Shown here one piece after another: positions 36,892 to 45,690 of a stretch of DNA of 45,690 nucleotides. Origin of the DNA: an uncultured Patescibacteria group bacterium (GTDB taxonomy: Bacteria; Patescibacteriota; Patescibacteriia; UBA2591; CALHIP01); assembly GCA_938030745.1 (NCBI GenBank), contig CALHIP010000012.1, positions 1 to 45,690 on the forward strand, read 5' to 3'. The first letter of the stretch is position 1. Each line of letters begins with the position of its first letter. The notes under the pieces were generated by a model. It did no database searches. It was not told the DNA's origin and saw only the letters and a program-made list of their open reading frames with translations. Both the position numbers and the translations under genes were made by a program.

Positions 36892-37941
36892 TTAAATAAA
36901 TAGTTTTTCAATCAGAAAGATCATTAAGCCAAAAGCAGCTGAAAGGCCACCAATCAACCAAAAACGCATCACAATTTTTGGTTCTTCTAATCCTTTTGCT
37001 TCAAAATGATGATGGAGTGGTGTAGAAAGAAAAATTTTGCGATGGAAAATTTTTTTAGAAATAATTTGAATAATAACTGAGAGAGATTCTATCACAAATG
37101 GAAAACAAATAATTGGTAATAAAATAACAGTGTTTGTCAGCATCGCCATCACTCCTAAGGTTACACCCAATCCCATTGCTCCTGTATCTCCCATAAAAAA
37201 TTTTGCCGGATAGATATTGTGCCACAAAAAAGCAATTAAAGCACCAACAATTACACCAGAAAAAGCAGCTAAATTTGTTTTTCCTTGAAGAAAAGCAATA
37301 ACTCCATAACTGACAAAAGCAATTAGTAAAAGCCCGCCAGCCAAACCATCAAGGCCATCAGTTTCATTAACAGAAAAAGCAGTAGCAACAATAACAAAAA
37401 TAAAAAGTGGAACATACCACCAACCAATTTCAAAATCACCAAGAAAAGGAATATGAATGATACTCCATTCTAATTTCCAGAAAAACCACCAGGCACCGAT
37501 AATCGCAATTAAAGTATAAAGAATTAAACGTTCGCGAATTTTAAGACCACCTCTACCTAATTCACCTTTTCTAATATCGACTAAATCATCAATTAAACCA
37601 ATGATAGCTGAACCAATTAAAACGCCTAAAGGTAAAAATGTTTCTTTTCGGACCAAAAAATTTAAAATTTTAAAAATCTCATGGCCAGTAATTTGCCAAA
37701 GAAAAAAAATAGCTAAAATTAAAAAAAGAGTTGTCAACCAAACAAGTAAACCACCCATTGTTGGTGTTCCCTCTTTTTTCTTATGAATTTGAGTATAAAT
37801 AGGAGTAGTTCCATTATTTCTGATTTTTTTACCTAATTTATATTTATAAAGAAAACGAACTAAAAATGGCAACCAACTAATAGCTAAAAGAAAAGAAATA
37901 ATAGTAAGAAAAATAATTTTGATGATAGCAAGCAGTTCCAT
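36892..37941 (-). CDS. mraY: Phospho-N-acetylmuramoyl-pentapeptide transferase
   Basis: KEGTPTMGG, IDD, NETDGLDGL, FMGDTG, PLHHHFE. Confidence 0.97.
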   Translation of the reverse strand: MELLAIIKIIFLTIISFLLAISWLPFLVRFLYKYKLGKKIRNNGTTPIYTQIHKKKEGTPTMGGLLVWLTTLFLILAIFFLWQITGHEIFKILNFLVRKETFLPLGVLIGSAIIGLIDDLVDIRKGELGRGGLKIRERLILYTLIAIIGAWWFFWKLEWSIIHIPFLGDFEIGWWYVPLFIFVIVATAFSVNETDGLDGLAGGLLLIAFVSYGVIAFLQGKTNLAAFSGVIVGALIAFLWHNIYPAKFFMGDTGAMGLGVTLGVMAMLTNTVILLPIICFPFVIESLSVIIQIISKKIFHRKIFLSTPLHHHFEAKGLEEPKIVMRFWLIGGLSAAFGLMIFLIEKLFI

Positions 37942-37956
37942 ATCGCTAATTAATCG

Positions 37957-38955
37957 TTATATTTTTGAAGCAATATATTCGGTCATCTCAACTAAACGAC
38001 AAGCATAGCCCCATTCATTATCATACCAGGCAACAACTTTTATTAAATCATCAATAACCATTGTTAAAGAAAGATCGATAATAGCCGAATGAGAATTTCC
38101 TTTTAAATCAGTTGAAACAACTGGTTCATCGGTTACTTCTAAAATTCCTTTTAATCTTCCTTGAGATTCTTTTTTAAATAAATCATTTAATTCTTCTTTG
38201 CTTGTCTTTTTTTCAACCTGACAGATAAAATCTAAAAGACTAACAGTTGGAGTTGGTACTCTTAATGAAATTCCATCCAATTTTCCTTTCATTTCTGGTA
38301 TAACTTGAGAAATTGATTTTGCTGCACCTGTTGAAGTTGGAATAATTGAAAGAAGAGCTGCTCTGGCTCTCCTTAAATCTTTATGGGGAAGATCTAACAA
38401 TCTTTGGTCATTAGTATAAGCATGAGTAGTGGTAAAAAATCCTTTTTTGATTCCAAAATTTTCATAAATAATCTTAACAATTGGTGCTAGACAATTAGTA
38501 GTACAAGAAGAATTAGAAATAATCAGATCTTTTTTTGGATCAAATTTTTCTTCATTAACACCTAAAATATAAGTTGGAATTTCTGGATCTTTTGGTGGAG
38601 CAGAAATAATAACTCTTTTTGCGCCTGCTTTCAAGTGTTTTTTTGCTCCTTCTTTATCAGTAAAAACACCTGAAGATTCTATCACAATGTCAATTTTTAA
38701 TTCTTGCCAAGGTAAATTAATCGGATCTTTTTCAGCAAAAACTCTAATCTTTTTGCCATTAATAATCAAATTTTCTTCATCAAAACTAACCTCTTTTTCA
38801 TATTTTCCATAAAGAGAATCATACTTTAAAAGATGAGCTAAAGTTTTTGTGTCAGTTAAATCATTAATTGCAACAATGTCAAGACCTTTTTCTAAAGCAA
38901 TTTTAAATGTTGGTCGGCCAATCCGACCGAAACCATTGATTGCTATTTTTACCAT
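37957..38955 (-). CDS. gap: Glyceraldehyde-3-phosphate dehydrogenase, type I
   Basis: INGFGRIGR, SSCTTNCLAP, STGAAK, RVPTP, WYDNEWGY. Confidence 0.98.
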   Translation of the reverse strand: MVKIAINGFGRIGRPTFKIALEKGLDIVAINDLTDTKTLAHLLKYDSLYGKYEKEVSFDEENLIINGKKIRVFAEKDPINLPWQELKIDIVIESSGVFTDKEGAKKHLKAGAKRVIISAPPKDPEIPTYILGVNEEKFDPKKDLIISNSSCTTNCLAPIVKIIYENFGIKKGFFTTTHAYTNDQRLLDLPHKDLRRARAALLSIIPTSTGAAKSISQVIPEMKGKLDGISLRVPTPTVSLLDFICQVEKKTSKEELNDLFKKESQGRLKGILEVTDEPVVSTDLKGNSHSAIIDLSLTMVIDDLIKVVAWYDNEWGYACRLVEMTEYIASKI

Positions 38956-38959
38956 AATT

Positions 38960-39760
38960 TTAAGTTTTAATTTTTAATTCTTTTAATGGTACTTTTATAA
39001 TTGTATCTTCATCTATTTTTAAATCAACTGTTTCTTCTAAAATATGCCAACCAACAACCTCGCCTGATTTGTCTTTTGTTTCAACTTTTGTGCCAATCGA
39101 AGGAAATGATTTTGTTAATTCTTTATAAAGATCTATTTCAAAAGAAAGACAACATTTAAGTCGACCACAAGGACCAGAAAGTCGATCTATCCCTCGATGG
39201 GTAAGTTGCTGTTCTTCTATCAGATCGGTAGAAACCCCACCCAAAATCTTAAGAAAAGAAAGACAACAAAGCCTTCTTCCGCAAGGACCGATACCAGAAA
39301 AAATTCTCATCTCTTCTCGAGGATTGATTTGGTGAAGCCGAATTGAACGATGAAATTCTTGAGAGAGTTTTTTTACTAATTCTCTAAAATCAACTCTTTT
39401 TGGAGAAATAAAAGCAAAAACAATTTGACCACCATCAAGAGAAAGATGAGCATCAACTAATTTCATTGGTAAAGAAGAATCTTTAACAATTTCGATTGCC
39501 CTCTTTAAAAACTCATTTTTTCTTTTTTCTTTTCTTTCCATTTTTTTGAGGTCTTCTTTAGTTGCTTTTCTAAGAATAATAACTTTTTCATTCCTTTTAT
39601 CTTTATCTGGTTTTTCTAAAAGATTGATAATTTTAGCTAAATCAGTATGAGAATCAATTCTGACAACAAGGTCCTCTCCAATTTTATATTGAGTTTTTTT
39701 ATTCTTTGTTTCAGCTTCAAAAATTTTATCCCAATGAGCAATTTTTAGTTGGATGATCAT
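38960..39760 (-). CDS. PSP1-domain Fe-S protein (RicT/YaaT family)
   Basis: RVDFRELVK, GIGPCGRRLCC, LSGPCGRLKCCLSFE. Confidence 0.92.
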   Translation of the reverse strand: MIIQLKIAHWDKIFEAETKNKKTQYKIGEDLVVRIDSHTDLAKIINLLEKPDKDKRNEKVIILRKATKEDLKKMERKEKRKNEFLKRAIEIVKDSSLPMKLVDAHLSLDGGQIVFAFISPKRVDFRELVKKLSQEFHRSIRLHQINPREEMRIFSGIGPCGRRLCCLSFLKILGGVSTDLIEEQQLTHRGIDRLSGPCGRLKCCLSFEIDLYKELTKSFPSIGTKVETKDKSGEVVGWHILEETVDLKIDEDTIIKVPLKELKIKT

Positions 39761-40338
39761 ATTTCAAATCTGATAAATCTTTTTACTTGAATATTTTCTC
39801 TCAATTTAGTAATTTTTGATTGGATTAAATCTTCAATTTTGATATTTTGATCTTTAATAAATGGTTGTTTTAAAAGACAAACATTTTCATAAAATTTTTC
39901 TAATTTCCCTTCAATAATTTTTTCTATAATATGAGGTGGTTTTTTCTCTTGAGCCATTTCTTTTCGGTAAATCTCTTTTTCTTTTTCTAAAACCTCTTCT
40001 GGAATATCTTCAGGCTTTAAATATAAAGGATTTGTTGCTGCTACCTGCATAGCTAAATCATGAGCTAAATCCTTAAATTCTTGGTTGCGAGCGACAAAAT
40101 CTGTTTCACAATGAAGTTCTACTAAGGCAGCAATTTTTTCATTAGAATGAATATAAAAACCAATCACTCCAGCCTTTGTTTCTCTATTAGATTTAGTTTC
40201 AACAATTTTTTTTCCTTTTTTTCTTAAAATCTCAATTGCTTTTTCTAAATCACCTTTTGCTTCTTCTAAAGCCTTCTGACAATCAACAAAGCCAGCACCA
40301 GTTTTTTCTCGGAGTTTTTTAATAAGTTCAATGTTCAT
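39757..40338 (-). CDS. tsf: Elongation factor Ts (short form)
   Basis: LREKTGAG..DC.KAL, CETDFVA, LAMQVAA, LLKQPFIKD. Confidence 0.97.
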   Translation of the reverse strand: MNIELIKKLREKTGAGFVDCQKALEEAKGDLEKAIEILRKKGKKIVETKSNRETKAGVIGFYIHSNEKIAALVELHCETDFVARNQEFKDLAHDLAMQVAATNPLYLKPEDIPEEVLEKEKEIYRKEMAQEKKPPHIIEKIIEGKLEKFYENVCLLKQPFIKDQNIKIEDLIQSKITKLRENIQVKRFIRFEI

Positions 40339-40346
40339 AAAATTAT

Positions 40347-41663
40347 TTAAAAAGGCAGATTTTCTTTAATAAGCTTAATAGTTGATTTATCAAATTCATT
40401 TTTTACTCTAACAATTGGTTTATTAGATTTAATTAAAAAATTAAGATTAGCTGAAGTAACAGCTAAAACTGAATCACATTTTGCTCGATTAATTGTTTTT
40501 TCTAAATCATTAATCTGTTTTTTGCTATAACCCATTGTTGGAATAACTTGAAGATATGGATATTTTTCTAAAGTTTTTTTAATCTCGCCTATTGCTACTT
40601 TTTGAGGTTCAATAATTTTTTTGGCTTTAAATTTCTTAGCTAAGAAAATTCCATAACTTTTTGCTTCGCCATGAGTTACTGTTGGCGCATCTTCAACGAT
40701 AAGAATTGTTTTTCCTTTTATTAATTCAGGTTGAGAAACTGTTGAAAGAGATTTGGCTTTAATAATCTTTGCTTTTTTATTAAATAACCGAATATTTTGA
40801 ATTATTTTTTTGATTGATTCTTTTGGAGCGGTTCCAGTTTTTGAAATAATAATTAAGTCACTTAATAAAAGATTAATTACACTTGGCCAATATGAAATTT
40901 CATCGCCAACCCGATGCGGATCAGCAACTGTAATATAAAAATCTGCTTTAATAAAAGAAAAATCATTGTTACCACCATCCCACAAAATAATTTCTGAATC
41001 TTTTTCTGCTTCTCTTAAAATTTTTTGATAATCAACACCAGCATAGATTGAAGCACCAATTTCTAAATATGGTTCGTATTCTTCTCTTTCCTCAATTGTC
41101 GCTCGATATTTTTCCAAATCACTGAAATTAGAAAATTTCTGGATTTCTTGAATTTTTAAATTCGGATCATATGGCATCGGATGACGGATAGCATTAATTT
41201 TATAACCCTTTTCTTTTAAAATTTTTAAAATTGTTTTTGAAACCATTGATTTACCAGCTCCAGTTCTGGTAGCACAAATAGCAATAACTTTTCTTTTTGA
41301 TTTTAGCATCGTCTGATTTGGTCCTAACAATCTTAAACTAGCTCCAGCTGCCATTGCAGAAGAAGCAAGATTCATTAAATATTGATAAGAAACATCAGAA
41401 TAAGAAAAAACAATTTCATCAACTTTGAATTTTTTAATTAGTTTAACTAAATCTTTTTCTGGATAAATAGGAATACCTTTTGGATAAAATTTGCCAGCTA
41501 AAGAAGCAGGATATTTTCTTTTTTCAATCCCTGGAATTTGAGCACCGGTAAAGCAAACAACTCGATATTCAGGATTATCTTTAAAATAAATCAAGAAATT
41601 ATGGAAATCCCTTCCTGCTGCACCAACAATAATTACTTTTTTAATTTTTTTAATCTTCTCCAT
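40347..41663 (-). CDS. COG2403 P-loop protein (cyclic 2,3-diphosphoglycerate synthetase / arginine synthetase ArcE-like)
   Basis: GAAGRDFHNF, QIPGI, RTGAGKS, IRHPMPY, TIEEREEYEP, AGVDY, WDGGNNDF, VEDAPTVTHG. Confidence 0.85.
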   Translation of the reverse strand: MEKIKKIKKVIIVGAAGRDFHNFLIYFKDNPEYRVVCFTGAQIPGIEKRKYPASLAGKFYPKGIPIYPEKDLVKLIKKFKVDEIVFSYSDVSYQYLMNLASSAMAAGASLRLLGPNQTMLKSKRKVIAICATRTGAGKSMVSKTILKILKEKGYKINAIRHPMPYDPNLKIQEIQKFSNFSDLEKYRATIEEREEYEPYLEIGASIYAGVDYQKILREAEKDSEIILWDGGNNDFSFIKADFYITVADPHRVGDEISYWPSVINLLLSDLIIISKTGTAPKESIKKIIQNIRLFNKKAKIIKAKSLSTVSQPELIKGKTILIVEDAPTVTHGEAKSYGIFLAKKFKAKKIIEPQKVAIGEIKKTLEKYPYLQVIPTMGYSKKQINDLEKTINRAKCDSVLAVTSANLNFLIKSNKPIVRVKNEFDKSTIKLIKENLPF

Positions 41664-41668
41664 AATTT

Positions 41669-42358
41669 TTATTTTTTATTTTGTCCTTCTTTAATTGCCT
41701 CAACCAATGTTTTCGTAATTATCTCAATAGAGGCAATGGCATCATCATTACCTGGAATAGGATAATCAACTAAATTTGGATTACAATTTACATCAACCAA
41801 ACCTACAGTTTTTATTTTTTTCATTCTTGCTTCTTTAACAGCTGTTTTTTCTTTTCTTAAATCGACAATATAAATTGCCTCAGGAATTTTCTCCAAATTT
41901 TCTATCCCGCCAACCAAACTATTTAATCTATCTAGTTCTTTTTCTAGATTTAGTTTCTCTTTTTTTGGATATTTCTCCCATTCTCCTTTCGCTTTTTCTT
42001 CTTTCATCTTTTTTAATTTTTTTATTAACTCAAAGATAACAGAAAAATTTGTTAAGGTTCCACCAACCCATCTTTCAACAACATATGGCATATTAACCTC
42101 TTGAGCATATTTTTTAATAACCTCTTGAGCAGATGGTTTTGTTCCAACAAATAAAATCTTTCCTCCGTTTGCGACTGTTTCTTTAACAAAATCAGCTGCT
42201 TTTTGAAGACAATCCCTTGTTTTTTCCAAATCGATTAAATAAACGTTATTTCTTATTGAATGAAGGTATGGCTCCATTTTTGGATGGCGTTTGCCAACTT
42301 GATGGCCAAAATAAACCATCGCCTCAAATAATTCTTCGGTTGAAGGAATATACACCAT
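41669..42358 (-). CDS. rpsB: 30S ribosomal protein S2
   Basis: FGHQ, LFVGTK, RWVGGTLTNF, IPGNDDAI. Confidence 0.98.
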   Translation of the reverse strand: MVYIPSTEELFEAMVYFGHQVGKRHPKMEPYLHSIRNNVYLIDLEKTRDCLQKAADFVKETVANGGKILFVGTKPSAQEVIKKYAQEVNMPYVVERWVGGTLTNFSVIFELIKKLKKMKEEKAKGEWEKYPKKEKLNLEKELDRLNSLVGGIENLEKIPEAIYIVDLRKEKTAVKEARMKKIKTVGLVDVNCNPNLVDYPIPGNDDAIASIEIITKTLVEAIKEGQNKK

Positions 42359-42369
42359 AAGATTGAGTT

Positions 42370-42419
42370 ATTATAACTTAAATTAAAAGACTTGTCAAAA
42401 AAGGTAAATAGAGTATAAT
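42370..42419. promoter_or_regulatory. Overlapping divergent promoters for rpsB and rpmE
   Basis: Minus strand: TTGACA(42398-42393)-N17-TATAAT(42375-42370), full consensus. Plus strand: TTGTCA(42392-42397)-N16-TATAAT(42414-42419). Confidence 0.85.
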
Positions 42420-42427
42420 AAAAATAT

Positions 42428-42688
42428 ATGGCTAAGAAAAATAAAGAAAAAATTCCATACTATCCTTATCCTGAAGCAAAGATTATCTGTAGTTGTGGTA
42501 ATATAATGAAGGTTGGTTCAACAGTTAAAGAGATGTTTGTTGAAATTTGTTCGAAATGTCATCCTTTCTTTACTGGTGCTCAAAAATTAATTGATACTCA
42601 TGGTCGATTAGAAAGATTCAAAGAAAGATTAGCAAAGAAAATGGAAATAGATGCGAAAAAAAAGAAAAATAAGAAATCATCTGATTAA
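42428..42688 (+). CDS. rpmE: 50S ribosomal protein L31 (zinc-binding type)
   Basis: [27 protein letters not shown]. Confidence 0.97.
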   Translation: MAKKNKEKIPYYPYPEAKIICSCGNIMKVGSTVKEMFVEICSKCHPFFTGAQKLIDTHGRLERFKERLAKKMEIDAKKKKNKKSSD

Positions 42689-42695
42689 TAATCAT

Positions 42696-43577
42696 ATGGA
42701 TGTTGAAGAATTAAAAAATAGATTGAAAGAAATAGAAAAGGATTTCTCTAATCCAGAAATTTTTAATTTTCCAGAAAAGTTAAAAGAACTACAAAAAGAG
42801 TATCATTTGATTAAAAAAGAGTTAGCAAAGGCAAAATCATCCTTTAATGATAAAGAAAACAATAAAAATATAATAATGGAAATTCGAGCTGGAACAGGTG
42901 GTGAAGAAGCAGCTCTTTTCGCTGCTGATTTATTTAGAATGTATTCAAAATTTGCTGAAAAAAAGGGTTGGTCAACTGAATTACTTTCTGCTAGTCGAAC
43001 TGATCTCGGTGGTTTAAAAGAAATTATTTTTAAAATCTCTGGTAAAGATGTTTTAAAAACTTTAAAGAATGAAGCTGGTGTTCATCGCGTCCAAAGAATT
43101 CCAGTTACAGAGAAATCTGGTCGAATTCACACATCTACTGCATCAGTCGCAGTTTTACCAGAAGCAACAGAGACAGAAATTAAAATTAGGCCAGAGGATT
43201 TAAAAATTGAAACTTTTCGCGCCTCATCGAAAGGAGGTCAGAATGTCCAAAAAGTTGAAACAGCAGTAAGAATTACCCATTTACCAACCAATTTGGTTGT
43301 TTCTTGTCAAGAGGAAAGATCGCAAGCACGAAATAAAGAAAAAGCATTAAAAATTTTAATGGCTCGACTTCTTGCTCTCGAGAGAGAAAAAAAAGAAAAA
43401 GAATTAATTGAAACGAGAAGGTCTCAAATAAAAAAAGCTGAAAGGGCAGATAAAATCAGAACTTATAATTTTCCACAGAACCGAGTTACTGATCACCGTC
43501 TTAACAAATCCTGGTATAATCTTTCTGAAATTATGGAAGGAAAATTAGATGAAATTGTTGAAAGTTTCAATCAATAA
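42696..43577 (+). CDS. prfA: Peptide chain release factor 1 (shortened N-domain); start probably 42696
   Basis: EIRAGTGGEEAALF, HRVQRIPVTE (PxT motif), GGQ, IRTYNFPQNRVTDHR. Confidence 0.96.
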   Translation: MDVEELKNRLKEIEKDFSNPEIFNFPEKLKELQKEYHLIKKELAKAKSSFNDKENNKNIIMEIRAGTGGEEAALFAADLFRMYSKFAEKKGWSTELLSASRTDLGGLKEIIFKISGKDVLKTLKNEAGVHRVQRIPVTEKSGRIHTSTASVAVLPEATETEIKIRPEDLKIETFRASSKGGQNVQKVETAVRITHLPTNLVVSCQEERSQARNKEKALKILMARLLALEREKKEKELIETRRSQIKKAERADKIRTYNFPQNRVTDHRLNKSWYNLSEIMEGKLDEIVESFNQ

Positions 43578-43594
43578 TTTTTGAGTGAATATAT

Positions 43595-43625
43595 AAAAAG
43601 AGGGATTTTATCTCCCTCTTTTTTT
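43595..43625. terminator. Bidirectional Rho-independent terminator
   Basis: aaaaagaggga / tccctcttttttt downstream of prfA. Confidence 0.8.
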
Positions 43626-43749
43626 CTTTTACCTCAATAGCTACAGTGACTATGTGGTCACCCACAAACTTTAGCTCCTTGATCCAATCATATGGTTTAC
43701 TTCCTTTGACGATATAATCATTTTTTAAAAGTCAAGTGAAAAGTTTTAA

Positions 43750-44787
43750 TCAATAATAATTAACCAGATTTTTATTAGAAATTAGAGCAATCCAGGTTTT
43801 GCCAGAAAGAAGTTTTATTTCTTCACCATTTTCATTATAGAAACGTGTTCGGCCGGCTTCTTTCAACCATTTTCCCTTGATAACTTGACCATTTTGAAAA
43901 ATTAAAGCTTCTCCTTGACCAGTTAGATTAATTTTTCTTCGACCAATCTCATCAATAATATTTATTTTTGTTATTTGAACAATTAAATTTTTTACTCTTA
44001 ATTCTTGGCCTTCTTTATCTTTAAAAATCCGAGCGTTTTGCCAATATTGATATTCATTATTTTGGAAGTCGTATTGCCATTTTGTTTGATAAAACTGGGA
44101 AAATGTTACTTCGATTTTCTTCGCTGAAATCTTAGCCAAAGGAGATATATCAACTTTCTCACTAAAAAGCCAAGGTTCAAATTCTGCTTTCTGACTAATT
44201 TTTCGATCATTTAAGAACTTCTCAATTGATTCTTTTTTAATATAAAGATTATGAGGAGCTGGTTCATCACTCCGATAAAAATATTTACCCATCCAACTAA
44301 TCTCATCTAGATCAAATAATTGATAAAAACCTTGTTTTAGTTTAAAAAGAACATCATTTGAACCACCAGCATGAATAAAAAGTGATTTATATTCTTCAGC
44401 AATTTCAGCAAAATATGAACGAGCTGAACGAAGAGGTCCTAAATTTTTCGGCAATTCTTCTAAATCAAAAATTCCTAAAAATCTAGTAAAACCGCCTTCA
44501 ACTGGTGCTTCATAAATAATTGAAGCTTTAGCTATTGTTGGCTTCGGAGCGCTGGTTAAATTTTCTAAAACAACTGCAATTGGTAATAAATTTTCTTTCC
44601 CTTTTTCTACTATTGATCCATCTAAAAAACGAGTTGTTTTTTCTTTTTTAACTTCCTGATTAATTATTAACTCTTCATTTTCTAATTTTTCTTTATTGTT
44701 CAAAAAAACTGGTTTCTGCTCTGATCGACAACCGGTAAGTAAAAAAAGAAGAAAAATTGCTAAAATGAAAAGAAAAAATTTTTTCAT
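43750..44787 (-). CDS. DUF3048-family lipoprotein
   Basis: Lipobox LTGC; IYEAPVEGGFTRF, GPLRSARSYF, HAGGS, APHNLY, GKTWI. Confidence 0.9.
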   Translation of the reverse strand: MKKFFLFILAIFLLFLLTGCRSEQKPVFLNNKEKLENEELIINQEVKKEKTTRFLDGSIVEKGKENLLPIAVVLENLTSAPKPTIAKASIIYEAPVEGGFTRFLGIFDLEELPKNLGPLRSARSYFAEIAEEYKSLFIHAGGSNDVLFKLKQGFYQLFDLDEISWMGKYFYRSDEPAPHNLYIKKESIEKFLNDRKISQKAEFEPWLFSEKVDISPLAKISAKKIEVTFSQFYQTKWQYDFQNNEYQYWQNARIFKDKEGQELRVKNLIVQITKINIIDEIGRRKINLTGQGEALIFQNGQVIKGKWLKEAGRTRFYNENGEEIKLLSGKTWIALISNKNLVNYY

Positions 44788-44792
44788 ATCTT

Positions 44793-45413
44793 TTATTCTT
44801 CTTTTTTACTTGATTCTTCTGGCTTAACTTCAGCTGGTTTTTCCTCGATTTTTATTTCTTCTTCAATTTTTGGCGCTGAAATACTAACTACTACATCTTC
44901 TAAATCATGAAGAACTTTAATCTGATGAGGTATTTTAAGATCTTTCACTCTAATTAAATCATTAAATTCTTTTAACGAAGAGAGATCAACCTCTATCTGA
45001 TGGATCAAATCTTTTGGTAAACATTCTATTTTAATTTTTGTTAAATTATAGATAAGAATCCCACCTTTTTCTTTAACAACTGGTGCTTCATTAATAAATT
45101 TTAATTCTACCTCAGCTGTCAATTTCTCTTTTTCTTTGATTTGATAAAAATCAACATGAATAATGTCGTCTTTTATAGGGTCACGTTGGACATCGTGAAT
45201 TAAAACTTTTATTGGTTTTTTATCAACGATTAACTCAATAATAGTCGATTCACCAGCTTCCTGGAAAATTTTTTCAAAACTTTTTCTTTCAATCTCAATA
45301 CTTTCTGAAGGAATGTTATGGCCATAAATGACGGCTGGAATTATACCTTTCTTTCTCAATTTTTTAACTTTTTTACCTAAAATTGTTCTTTTTTTTGCTT
45401 TGAGTTGAAGCAT
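44793..45413 (-). CDS. rplY: 50S ribosomal protein L25/Ctc
   Basis: LRKKGIIPAVIYG, VQRDP...IIHVDFY, C-terminal Ctc beta domain. Confidence 0.96.
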   Translation of the reverse strand: MLQLKAKKRTILGKKVKKLRKKGIIPAVIYGHNIPSESIEIERKSFEKIFQEAGESTIIELIVDKKPIKVLIHDVQRDPIKDDIIHVDFYQIKEKEKLTAEVELKFINEAPVVKEKGGILIYNLTKIKIECLPKDLIHQIEVDLSSLKEFNDLIRVKDLKIPHQIKVLHDLEDVVVSISAPKIEEEIKIEEKPAEVKPEESSKKEE

Positions 45414-45431
45414 AAAAGGCTTAAGTTTTGG

Positions 45432-45690
45432 CTATAAATTTAATTTATAAATCTTTATTTCATTATTCGGCAATTTGTATTGAAGCTCAGAATCAGAAAT
45501 CCATTCTGCTTCAAACCACCACAATGGTTCATCAGTTTCAGCAATAAGGATTTTTTCTTTGGTAAAGAGATTGTAGATATAAAGAGATGATTTTTTACCT
45601 TCTTTTCGATATTTTTCTTTTAATTCTTCTTCGATGTCAGAAAATCCTGTCCATATTTGACCAGGTTGAATTGTTAGATAACCAGTGTTG
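45432..45690 (-). CDS. 3' end of a hypothetical protein entering from beyond the window
   Basis: Open frame ...GYLTIQPGQIWTGFSD...LYIYNLFTKEKILIA...WISDSELQYKLPNNEIKIYKLNL*, stop at 45432-45434. Confidence 0.7.
   Translation of the reverse strand, partial: NTGYLTIQPGQIWTGFSDIEEELKEKYRKEGKKSSLYIYNLFTKEKILIAETDEPLWWFEAEWISDSELQYKLPNNEIKIYKLNL

Noticed and set aside
1898-41765. Many short antisense or alternate-frame ORFs (e.g. 1898, 4360, 5917, 6399, 9836, 12065, 14240, 17435, 20211, 20280, 21745, 22137, 25660, 25933, 27192, 28969, 29476, 31077, 34770, 36509, 37601, 41538)
   Set aside because: They are shadows of well-supported genes, are F/L/S-rich as expected for antisense of K/E-rich coding DNA, and show no recognisable motifs.
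1-45690. CRISPR array, DGR/retron, rRNA, IS transposase or intact integrase
   Set aside because: No regularly spaced repeat-spacer array and no reverse transcriptase, transposase, recombinase catalytic or rRNA signatures were seen.
1-45690. UGA recoding (genetic code 25, as in Gracilibacteria/Absconditabacteria)
   Set aside because: Conserved genes translate full length in code 11, Gly codons are normal, and TGA ends genes such as hrcA and tsf at the expected positions.

Overview
A very AT-rich bacterial chromosome segment in standard genetic code, most consistent with a CPR/Patescibacteria (Parcubacteria-like) genome. That assignment is inferred from RpoA lacking its C-terminal domain, short L13/RF1/EF-Ts, mostly Shine-Dalgarno-less core genes and CPR-type hypothetical families. 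The core blocks are a surface-glycan cluster (three GT2 genes, an O-antigen ligase/polymerase, a flippase, EamA), the infA-rpmJ-rpsMKD-rpoA-rplQ-rplM-rpsI operon, cysS, a CIRCE-controlled hrcA-grpE-hsp20-dnaK...dnaJ operon, galE, an rpsB-tsf-gap-mraY-murD-ftsW-murG-murC run, rpmE-prfA and rplY. The most striking accessory feature is a ~1.7 kb recombinase-less element at the 3' end of tRNA-Gln(TTG). It is bounded by GC-rich ~60 bp imperfect inverted repeats and by two candidate att junctions that would fuse in frame, and it carries a decayed XRE gene plus an HExxH metallopeptidase-like gene. Other oddities are a single-gene cassette flanked by a 29 bp duplication of a glycosyltransferase 5' end, an orphan Pycsar-effector-like gene, a BCCP-like protein lacking the biotin lysine, an ArcE/COG2403-like gene between rpsB and tsf, a recurring AAAGGTCGAAA leader motif, and heptamer microsatellites inside coding regions. 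No CRISPR array, rRNA, transposase or intact integrase was found. All family assignments come from motif recognition by eye, not database searches.
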